Part shown: positions 13,477 to 24,286 of the stretch, piece by piece
How positions within the stretch are numbered: position 1 is the stretch's first letter
Layout of the letters: every line of letters starts with the position of its first letter
Origin: Tubiluchus corallicola
Taxonomy: Eukaryota; Animalia; Priapulida
Assembly: GCA_030141605.1 (NCBI GenBank)
Contig: JAQGDQ010000042.1
Coordinates: 744,001 to 808,000, forward strand
Length of the DNA: 64,000 nt
Direction of reading: 5' to 3'
The notes under the pieces: model-generated
What the model saw: only the letters and a program-made list of their open reading frames with translations
What the model was told of the DNA's origin: nothing
Databases searched by the model: none
Position numbers and translations under genes: made by a program

Positions 13477-15908
13477 CTATTGCACTATACTGCCATTAAA
13501 ATTTGAAGCTATCTCTTCCAACTGTCTTCCTATATCTTGTTGACTACCACCTGTCTTGAATTCCATTGATAGTTCCCTCATTGTAATTGCGACTCTGCGG
13601 GCAACAATGTCCCTCCTCCGAATAAAGTGCTTCCAGTCGTACCTTGCAGTTGAGTGCATTATAATCATGGAACCACGTTTTAGAGGTACGTGCACTTCTA
13701 TTTTACTAGACGGCACATGTTTTATGTAGGAATCAACATTGTTTGGATAGTTTGCTGTATGAACCATGAAATCACTTTTGGACCGAGTCTCAGAAGTACA
13801 GTGGTCAGTGTTACTAAGATTTTCAGGTTCTGTTCTATTTTCAGGGAAAATCTCGGCTTTTTGGGTGTTAGTAGTTACTTTATCAGCCACACTTAATTCA
13901 CTAGTTACTGCAGAATAATAGGAATCAGACTGAATGTTGTTGTCACTTGGCATCACAGTGTTAATAAATGGCATTCGATTTTCGTCTGGACTGAAAGTCA
14001 AAATTGTTTCTGCAGCTAAGTTTATAGAGACCACTCTACCACCCCACAACCAGAAATCATCAAAGTGCGGATCAATAGCTGATCCACGTTCAGGTTTGTA
14101 CTCCAAGTTGCACAACTCCACTGGAATGAAGCCATGCATCACGTCAATGTCCAGGATGCGGTTAATAAGTTTTTTGCTGTATGCAGGTAGGCCATTAAAT
14201 GAAGCTAGTTTTACTTTCCTTTTCTTGAAATTTGCCTTTGGTCCATACTCCTAAAAGTGAACATAATGTTGAAGTTAGGGAATTAAGGAAAGTCCATGAC
14301 AGAATGAACCTACACTCAGAAAAGAAATATGAAAAAGTCAAAAGACAGCCCGTATTTGAAACAGGCACCTTTTTTTACAAGGAAAATGCTATGACCACTA
14401 CACTGCTCTGCCACTAGACTACTATTAAGGTTTGTAGTAGAGCTTGTGGTAAGGCTACAGAGTTGTCTAGTGGACATGCCATTTGCTTTAAAGCTAAAAC
14501 TTCCTAGCTTTGTCCTAACTTTTTCCCATTTCCTTTCTTTCGAACGAGTTTGGTATCAAAATTTAATAGTTTCATTAGCTAATTAATGATAACCTTAATT
14601 AAGATTATGAAGAAATAAGGAAAAGCCATGTATAAACCAGTTTAATATAAACAGGCAGCCGCTTAAAAATGCTTGTTAAAACAAAACATTCAGTTACCTG
14701 CTTTTTTCTTCCTGACTGTGATTCAATCCATTCATTTTCATCAATATTTTTTAACAGTTCTGCTTCTTCTGATTTCGACAAGAGATTTGGTATAACTGTA
14801 ATGCCGGGAAGTTGCATGGACCTTCCTTTGTGAGTACTGCAGTTGTTAATTGTTGAAGGAATGTGATCTTCTATATACTGATACTCCCAGGCTTTGTTGC
14901 AGTTATTGCAGTATAAGAACAAGATTTTGTTGCTAAACTAAAAATAAAATTTCTTGAGTAAATCCAGTTATTTAAATCACAGTTAAATTGTATGGACCTT
15001 CCTTTGCAAGTACTGCAGTTGTTAACTGTTGAAGGAATGTGACCTTCTATATGCTGATACTCCGAGGCTTTGTTGCAGTTATTGCAGTATAAGAACAAGA
15101 TTTTGTTGCTAAACTAAAAATAAAATTTCTTGAGTAAATTAAGTTATTTAAATCACGGTTAAAGTGCATATTCAAATGCTTGGGTTTTTATATGCATTAC
15201 AGTTTTTTTAAGATTTGTACCTTTTTGGTTCGCACCTGTCGGTGTCACCTGCTGAAATCGTATGCTTTCTTAAGCTCGGGTGTATACAGTCCTTCCTTGG
15301 TAGTCACTTAATTACAGTTATACTGCAGTTGAACTTGAGCAAATGAAATTGAATAGACAAAATTTCGGTTTAATTAACTGTGCTCCATTTATGAATTCTG
15401 AGACAAACAGAGAAAGAGGGAAGGTCAGAAAAGAAGACCAGTTCTAGAAATTTGCATTCTGCTTGTAGATATTCTCTATATCGTGAAATATTGACCCCAG
15501 TTCTTAGTGATGGAATGTAGAATAACTGTATAACTTGTTTCATTGCCATAAATATTCTCTACACACACAGTGGCTATTAATAAAAGCAACAAACAACTTA
15601 TTGAGAAAACTTGCACTAAAAAAACACAACCTTTAACATTGCTCTCTTTAAATCAACGGTCTTTAGGTCAAAGATAAAGACAGAATCATTACTTGCAGGT
15701 ATATTTCGTACATGTATATGTAGTATTATATTTCATCATTATAAATTATATTGTACTTGTGGATGAAAATAACTTTATAGGCCAACGACGCCTGTACCTT
15801 ATCCCATGGTTTGCTGACTGTTTCTTCTTGGGTTTCACAAAGTAGACATGTTCGTATTCCTTTGCAACCACAAGATTTTGCAGCTTGCTGATAACAATTT
15901 CCAAACAT
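13477..15908 (-). CDS. ALKBH4: Alpha-ketoglutarate-dependent dioxygenase ALKBH4, 3 exons, ~374 aa
   Basis: Exons 15908-15798, 14937-14698, 14250-13477, all phase 0. Motifs CGCKGIRTCLLCE, SQSGRKKQ|EYGPKANFKK, CNLEYKPERGSAIDPHFDDFWLWG (HxD), RYDWKHFI (distal His), RRVAITMRELS. Confidence 0.95.
14812..15163. repeat. 176-bp tandem duplication spanning the ALKBH4 exon-2 acceptor and the first ~125 nt of exon 2
   Basis: Copies at ~14812-14987 and ~14988-15163 are nearly identical. Both contain the same minus-strand acceptor ttttatttttag|TTTAGCAAC (exon starts 14937 and 15113). Confidence 0.95.
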
Positions 15909-16129
15909 AGCGTTTTCTTGAATAAACACCAAACAAATTTTAACCAGAAGAAGACATATTTACACACCTCCAGAAGTTGGCCAATAGAAAACTATGATGT
16001 TTTAGTCAACCAGTGACGGTTATTGTTACATTTGCCACATAACAAGCGTGCCTGCTGTAGAACTGGTAGTAGATTACAAGGAATGCGTATTTGGTTAAAA
16101 TCGAGTTCTAAGTAAAATCTGTTTCTGTT
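15909..16129. promoter_or_regulatory. Bidirectional promoter region ALKBH4 / NDUFAF2
   Basis: Divergent start codons only 221 bp apart (15908 minus, 16130 plus); CCAAT at ~15981. Confidence 0.65.
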
Positions 16130-19100
16130 ATGTCAAAGAGTATAATTGGTCAAATATTTAAGAACCTTCTTAAATCAGGAAAACGAGCTCTACCTGTTAG
16201 AGTTGTTGGAAGAGATCACTTAGGCAATACTTACTATGAACAAGAAAGAGGTATTACTAAGTAGTAATAATTATTGACTTGTCATACAGTCTATGATTGT
16301 ATGTTAAATCACATTTTTGTCGTAGTCTTAGAGGTTTGCAATGTAGGTATTCTTTACATTTTAGAAGGAAATCCACCAAGCAGATATTATGAACCGCCGC
16401 AGAGGAATTATGATTTGTTTGATAGATCTGTGCCAGCAGAGTGGGAAGGTAAGTAAAGGAGGCACTTGCTATTTAAGTGCACAGTTTAAACATACACTAG
16501 GTAAATTTGGAATGAGTGAAATAACAATGAAAGCAGAACTTCGCATAAGTAAAACGAAAACTCGGTTTTATAAGTTGCTTTTTTTGGTATGGACATTTCC
16601 AATCTTTTCAAATATTTTTTGGCGTAGTTTTTGGTGGTTTTATATATTTCTAACCAATTCAGAATTATTGTTTTATACGATAGAGCGATTTTAGGTTTGA
16701 GAACTTTGTCAAATATTAAGTCTCAAGAGAGAACTCACTTAGATAAAGAATATTTCTAACCATGTAACACATGCAAGTTTACTGTATGGTTGGCAGCATA
16801 ATAAATGTTAAATTTAAACAACACACAATATAATGTGTGTGAATGATTTGTGAATATCTAACTGGAATTGTTGTTGCACTGCCCAATACACAGCTTCACT
16901 TTTTTATTTTTAGTAGCAATTTTTATAAAGTTGTAGGAACAAGCCTAAGGCATTTGTGTTGGTGCTTGGATTAATGGAAAAGGTGGCAAATTTTTCATCA
17001 CCCTCAACCATTAATGACATTTATGTTCTCTGTAATCAGTTAATTGTTTTTCACTTTGCACTGGTATTACATGTGTGATGCTGTACTGTTCTTTTTTAAT
17101 ATATTTTATTAACATAAACTTAATAAAGCTGTGAATTCATGATAATCAAAAAGTAAATGATGTACATTTCCTAAAACTGTAATAAATTCTTGTGACTGAG
17201 CGTTATATAATTTGAGAACTTTTCAACATTTTTATATTTTTAGCTTCTTTGTGAGCTTGCTGTTTTTTTCTTTGCAGGTTGGTTGAGATTTCGAAGAGAA
17301 GCTCCTACTCCTGAGGTGAGATTTTATGCACTTTCAACGACTATTCAACTTGCTGATTTTAAACTTTCTGTAATGTTTTATCAAAGAAATACTGCTGCTT
17401 GATAATTGCTCCCATTTATCCCAGATCCTAATTGGTAAAATCTTAACAAATGAGTAAGCAGTGGAATGCAGAGGTTCTGGTGATGCCCTGGAGCAACTCC
17501 TTGATTGTATAACCCCAAAACTGAACTTAAGTAGGGGGCTTATAGAGCCTAGTATTGAGAAACGTGAGAAAGGAAGACATTTTAAATATGTTAAAACCGA
17601 TGAAACGTGAAATAAACACTTTATTCAAATTAAATATAAATTGGCCCCATTTATTAAGTTTGGTTCCCAAATGAGATCTCTTGTCAAAAAACACTTGAAC
17701 TACTTCATTTTTACATCAACTGTGAGGGACTTGTTTTCATTACTGTATAAAGCCAGGTTGGTCAGTCACTCTTGTGACATGGAAGACCTCAGATGTGTTT
17801 TTATTAATTTCAGCTTAATTAACGTAATAAAAGAATTTGATTCGACATTTGTACAACTAAGTTAAAAAAGATAATTTCAGATTTCAAAAACTAAATTTTT
17901 ATTTCACTCTTTGATTGAATGCCCTACTGATATGGATGCCCGGGCCATGGCAAACTGCCCCCCTTTAAGCATGCTACTGCGAGTAAGATTTGATTGTAAC
18001 AATCAAAGATGTAATGAATTTTAGTTGACATATGATCAAAGTAGTGGGTTTGGGTTCGCAAATCCAATTTAAGGCTTGTACCATGTGCACTACTCTATAA
18101 GGGATTAATGCTTACTTGTTATATTGTACATTGTTGTGTAAGTTGTGGTCTTGAAATTGAGGGGGGGGGGGGTGAAGCTGCTTTTCACAAGTAGCCATAT
18201 GCTTATATATTTTCTAACAGCTTCATTTAATGACACACAAGTCTAGTAAAGCATTTTTGTTTCTCGTAACTTTGCATTGTATTCAAGAAATGTATTTTTT
18301 ACATGAAAGAGCCAGCCTCTAGGAATCAATATGTTTATTGAGCATAGACAATCATTTTGACTGTAACAGTCATTGTCAATACTATAAGTCAAGCCAAAAA
18401 TCTAATAATTAGTACAGTGATGGTACTAAAATACAAAGGCACAAAATGTTATTATTTACCTAGAGTAGAATTTTAAATTGCCAAAATCAATGTGATATAA
18501 CTAGAAGAAATTGCAAAGAAATGTAAAAAATTACCTTATAGATGAAATTGAGAAAAGATCACAACACTGTAAACAGCTAGTCTAAGTCCGCATGGCGTTT
18601 TTTATTTTTTGTCTAGAATTCTTTGCAAAGTGAAGGAACGCTTATTTTGTTTGGATATATTAGTCACAGAAAGTCAAATCTGTAGGCCAAAATGCACCAC
18701 TGACATTCCTTGTTATATAACTGTGTAAATGCACAAATTTTGGTTTTCCAGAAAAGAGGAACATCTTTTGCTTTTTATGATCAGTTTTTCTATTTTGCAC
18801 AGGAAATGGAAAGAAGTATGACCATGCTGAAACAGATAGAAGCAAAAGCTAGAGAATTTGAAGAAAAGGATGAGCAAGTATGCACTTGTCACAATCATAA
18901 CAACTTGTTCAACAAATAGAAATGTCATACTCTTGTTTGAGTTTAAAGAAATTGGATGTTTATTATTTTAAGCATCTTGCTGTAATATTTTGTTAAGTTT
19001 GTTAAGTAGCTTGTTTGTTGAATAAGGTGTATAAAAACTGTTTTTTGTGTGAATTGCATCTATATTTCTTTTTCTGCAGGGTTACGACTGTCCATAATTT

Positions 19101-21220
19101 GCTTATTTTGCTGTCCTGCAGTAGTACTTTAGTTGCATTATTTTCACTCTTCCTTGAAAGTGCTTTGCTTGATGAAAAGCAGTCACTGGATTTTTTTGGC
19201 TATACCCTATCCAGTGAGACCTAAAATACTATCTAGTTCGATAAACCGGGAAAACCCTGTTTTTTACCATTGATCTTAAAGATGTTACAAGTGTGAATGA
19301 AAAAATGTGGTTAATAACATTTTTCATTAGAAAGTGTGAGAAGCAATGCTGTGAAAAGCCACTGAATAAATTTCACAGCGATGCTCTGTTGGAGGATTCA
19401 TTCCCTCTCTAGTTTCTTACAAACATCCCGGATGCACTGTGGCACATTCCTGCTTCACAAAGAATACCTATGGCACATTCATTAATTTTTTGTATCATAT
19501 GCGTAAAAAAAATTGCTGGATTGCTTTTGCTTTCTTTCAGATAAAATATGGTTGGTAAAATTTGTATTTCTGTACGTCTTATAAAAATTCAGTGTAAACT
19601 GTTAAATTGTTTGTCCTTATTTGTAGAACTCTATTACGCCATTTTAATAAGGTTAGTAACTGCATACAATGGCAAAAGATAATATAATATACACAAAAGA
19701 GAACTGCCTGTTTACTTATATTTTTCTTGTTACTAGAATTATGGAATTTTTCAGGAGTAGTTTTTGTGCGATGTAATATTGTGTGATTGTTTTTATTTGT
19801 CTATAGTCATTGTATAAAAGATTAAAAAGTTTGATTTATTTGTAGGACAGAGAGGAAGCTATAGCAGCTGGACTTGTTAAGGCAGCTGACAAATCATTAT
19901 CAAAAGATAAAGAATTTAGTAGGTACATTTCAATGCTATAAATAATGTATTTCTTAAATACTTCAGTACGTACTCGAAATATGCACTGTTTTTGTTGTCT
20001 ATAACGTGGCATTTACAGACATCCGGAATGTATTATGCATTAATCCTTGTCCAGCTGTGTGTAATACCAGTACATATTTGTACAGTACACACCTCTGTAT
20101 AGTCTAATCAAGTGTTGCCTCCACATATGCTTATTAAATATGTTAAAACATGTATCATTTCTTTGTAGCATGTAATTAAGAGTCTGCTGTATTGATTTAC
20201 CCACGGTTTTTATTATTTATTTACTATTTGTTTCTTTGTGCCTTTTTGTTTTTTAATAATTCGCACACACACTGAGCTAGTTAATAAATTACTTTATTTA
20301 CTGTGTAGGCATTGCCAAACTCTGAATGTGTGGTGTTAGGCAGTTACTCAACATATACATGTAATCAGTATCAATTTGCAACTAAAAATTATAAAAATTA
20401 AAAATTGTACTGAAATGTGGGTAGTGCTTTACAAGTGCAAGGGACAAAGTGTTAAGGTGACAAACACATGTATTTATCACATTCATGTAATTGAAAGCTA
20501 ATGTACTATGTAAAGTTAATTGCAGCTTATACAACACAGTTAGGTTTTACATAATTATACAAGAATGTACAAGCTAAGATTGTGAAGACAGACTCACAGT
20601 GCTCACTGGTGAGCATTAGAAATGCGAGGAAACATGAAGTGTGCCTGCAGCAATCACATAAATATTAGGTGCTGCAAATTCTGCAGCTGATATTCTTGCC
20701 AACAAGTATCTCTGCTTGATCTGTTAATTACGGTGGCTTCCCACCAAAGATTTTGTTTTTGTTTTGCCATTTACTGCTTGCCATTTAAATGCACATATAA
20801 CTTAAATTATATTTATATATATTGCAATCTCATTTGTGTCTCTTGGGCAAAAAAAGAGAAAAATGAATGAATTTGAGCAAAGTTTATTTATTATTATAAA
20901 GTTATTAATTTAAAATAGAAATGTAAAGCACGAGGTAAAAAGTAATTGTTATAAAAAACTCACAAAATAATTCATGTAAATAGTTTATCTTAGCTGAAGT
21001 AGCTTAGAGAGAGCTGACATGCATTGCCCAGAATTTGTGAATGAGTTCACATGTATTCTTTATTAATTATATTTATTACTTAATTCAATATAAATTTATT
21101 AATGCTTATTATATATTTTTATATACTTTAGCTCCATTTCCCACATTTGCTGAGTATGAAAAGAATCCAGGTGAACTTTACGCAAGGGAACTAAAAGCCA
21201 AAGAAAAAGAGTGCAAATAA
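16130..21220 (+). CDS. NDUFAF2: Complex I assembly factor NDUFAF2 (mimitin, NDUFA12 family), 6 exons, ~159 aa
   Basis: Exons 16130-16250, 16365-16448, 17278-17315, 18803-18877, 19846-19918, 21132-21220 (480 nt, frame intact). Motifs VGRDHLGNTYYE, VPAEWEGWLRFRREAPTPEE, PFPTFAEYEKNPG. Confidence 0.9.
17459..17979. mobile_element. Non-autonomous hAT-type MITE in an NDUFAF2 intron
   Basis: Ends CAGTGGAATGC ... GCATGCTACTG (imperfect 11-bp TIR, 9/11 match). Flanked by an 8-bp target-site duplication tgagtaag (17451-17458) / cgagtaag (17980-17987). Confidence 0.75.
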
Positions 21221-23089
21221 AGTAGTGCCTTTTCTGTACATAGATAGAACTTACACTGAATTTGTTTCTCTTTTAAATGTAAATAGTGAGTTATTTGTCA
21301 AAAATCGATAAACACTTGGGTGGTTTTATGCATTTGAAGTGCGTATAAAAATACAGCATAGGTTTATAATTTCATTTATTTCATTTTTGGTTTGTGAGAA
21401 CTATAGCAAAATTATAGAACAAGAGCAGAATATATGTTTTCTGCATGCACGCTAGCTTGCTGCATTTTGAATACATCAGACTGATTTATATGGACTGTGA
21501 TTAGTTAAGATGTAGGAAACAGCTATACAGATGAATGTATTGATTATTATAATTATTAGCAAACAATTTGGAACTTTAATGCATTAGTGTTTGAAGCTTT
21601 TGGCTCATTCATTCATATCAGTTTGCAAGTTTCATAGTTTCCTTAAAGAGTAATTTTCTCTTAAGTTGTAGTAAACATACTAAAACTTATCAGAGAATGT
21701 AGTATCCACCAAGCTTAAATTGCTTCTTCGTGTACTACTGCATTGATAATGTAATGTTAAGACTCTTATTGTATTCAGTTGGATAAGATTCATTATAAAT
21801 CTTGTTGTTTTTATAAAATTGAAATTTATAATTACATTCGGTTGATGTAATTTATTATGTTGCCATTAAATTTGACAGATTAAAAGTAGCACGTCTTAAT
21901 TGTCATCTCTTGTTATGATACATAATGTCATTGTCACTAGGGGCCTTTACAGTCTGCCCCATGAATAGTTAGTATTTTTGTTAGTTTGTATTTTTTGTGC
22001 AGTTTGCCAGACTGTAAGCTGAGTTCCATCAGTCAGTGACAAGGTTTTTGGTTACTTAGTAATTGTGGTACGACTGGAATATACATCACCAAAGACAGAC
22101 CTCTATGGTGAGACACTGAGCTGACACAGGCACTTTATCCATATGGTATTTACTATACATATATTTGTATATTCAAATATATGTATAGTAAATACCTGGG
22201 ACTGTAGTCACAGTATAGCAGATGAAAATGCCCAGAAAAAGCTTTCCCTGTTGTCACCCATCTCACAAAAGACAAAGGCAGAAATATTTTTACCAAAAAA
22301 ATTAAAAGGAAAAGGGAATCATAATTTCATTTATCATTCAAATAGTAAGCACATATTAGTAAGCAAACATAATAGTAAGCAAATATTAAGCCACATCAGA
22401 TTGTAATTTATAAATCAGTAACATTACCAAAAAAAAACTAGTCAGGTATTCCTGTATACAAAAATGATTAGACAGTCAAACCTCTTTATACCGCCCACTT
22501 TGGGACCCAAAAAAAAATTGGTGTTGAGCGAGTTTGACATTATAACAAGGTGAATTAATACATACACATCTATCGAAATACATGTATAGACATTTTGTTC
22601 TGCCAAAAATATGGGCATTAAACGATGTGGGATTCATGAGGGGGCTATCTGAGCATACAGTGACACCAAGTTCACGACAGTCTGTATTTGTTAGATATTT
22701 AAATAATATTCCTTTTGTGGATTTTGACTACCGACATGGATAAGCACACACCTATGTGCACCAATTTGCAACTGCCATAAGCTAGCCCATTCACTAAGTT
22801 TTAACAGAGCTGTTTCTAAAAGATGACTTTGTTTAGTGGTAGCAAAAAAACTTAACATCATCAGCATAATACACTGGACTGGACTAATGGTATATCGGGT
22901 AATTCATTTATACACAACAAAAACAAAGTTACACCTAATACCGATCCCTGAATTGTATCAAATGTAACGTTAATAGACTATAGGTAGTTTATTCAAAAAG
23001 TATAACAGTTCACGTGTACAGAGTTTACAAGATTGCAGAACATGAATTATAGTTTATGTATATAAACTAGACAATTACCTGACTATTCT

Positions 23090-23720
23090 TTCACTGGGTC
23101 TGCATTTAGATGACATTCAATTGCGTATTGCTGCAGCATTTCGACGGGTGGATATATTTTACATTCTCATTAGTGCAAATGTGGAACTTTTGTAGATAGT
23201 TCAGGAGTCCATGGCCTAAGTTGTTTAAAAAGCAGTAGTCGATTTTCAACACACCAGGCTGCCAATGATCTAATTTGTCGTGCCGTAACCTTTGCTTGTT
23301 CCTTCAGTATTAGAGCCCACAGGTTTGTCTAGGTCAGACGGCAAAAGGCCTTATGACATGATTTTGATCTCTTGGGCCAAAAGTCGCTCTTTTCTTTGGG
23401 ATTTTACTTGTGTTGATACATTAGCACCCTCAAATTTGACTGGCTCCTCTAGTTACGCTGGTTATGCAGCTCAGTCGTAATAAAGCGATTTTTTTCCGAA
23501 AACAGAAAATATTCGAAATACAACAGTTTTTGTCAAATTTCAATTCTGTATCAATTGCCGTTGAAACTTTTGGCACAGAACGAAAAAAATCAATACTTTG
23601 GGCAAACGAATTCAATGTGCCACAAGGGAGACTAGGTCCACAAGTTTTTTATTCCAGCGTTTATCTGTTGCATTACAGTGATGGTAAGCGTTATGGTAAC
23701 AATCTCTCCATCTGAAAAGT
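23090..23720 (+). mobile_element. Decayed 3' fragment of a CRE-like non-LTR retrotransposon (zinc knuckle + restriction-like endonuclease)
   Basis: Translates, with stops and frameshifts, to SLGLHLDDIQLRIAAAFR..CKCGTFVDSSGVHGLSCLKSSSRFSTHQAANDLICRA..VPSVLEPTGLSRSDGKRPYDMILISWAKSRSFLWDFTCVDTLAPS..AVETFG. This matches the RLE C-terminus pattern; the catalytic RPD reads RPY. Confidence 0.8.
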
Positions 23721-24082
23721 TTGAAGTAATTATGAATCGCCTTTAACATTAATATTTCACTTTATTGACCTTTTATCCTTGAATGTAGTCTATTTTACCA
23801 CTTTTTAAATGCTACTGCTCATGTTTACTTTGTAATAATACTTGTAATATGGCATTTATTGTCAGATAAATTATCTGAGATAATTGCATAGTTTGTATTA
23901 TAACGTTCATATAATCAGAAAGCTGTTGACCTTCTCTGTACAACTAGTTAGAAAGGTAGATATCCATTCAATTAAATCTCAAGTTTTTCCATACTTTACT
24001 AATTTTGTTAACAGTTTAGAATGCACAACGTCCGGCCAATTCCGTCGTCAGCTCAAACCTGTCAAACACAGCTGCTCTTCGA

Positions 24083-24140
24083 TGACTCATTGTTTACGGA
24101 CGTGACGTAGTGTACGGTACTGTATCTTTTGTTTCCGGGT
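24083..24140 (+). promoter_or_regulatory. Putative promoter of the clathrin-terminal-domain gene
   Basis: CpG-enriched patch with AP-1 site TGACTCA (24083-24089), CRE-like GTGACGTAG (24102-24110) and ETS-like TTCCGG, 150-200 bp upstream of the ATG. Confidence 0.45.
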
Positions 24141-24286
24141 CATTGCTTTACGCGAAAATGAGCATGGGCCAGTATGAGCTACTAGCGGAGTAACAGACCA
24201 GAGACCATTGACGTTTGCTTTCTTTTTGTGCGTTTATTGTTGTTAAAAGAAATTTAAATGGATAAAGAAGGAGATTGTTGCATTTA

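Noticed and set aside
22473-22730. Tigger/pogo-like MITE starting cagtcaaacctc
   Set aside because: The right end is too degenerate to define, so it is not supportable as a feature.
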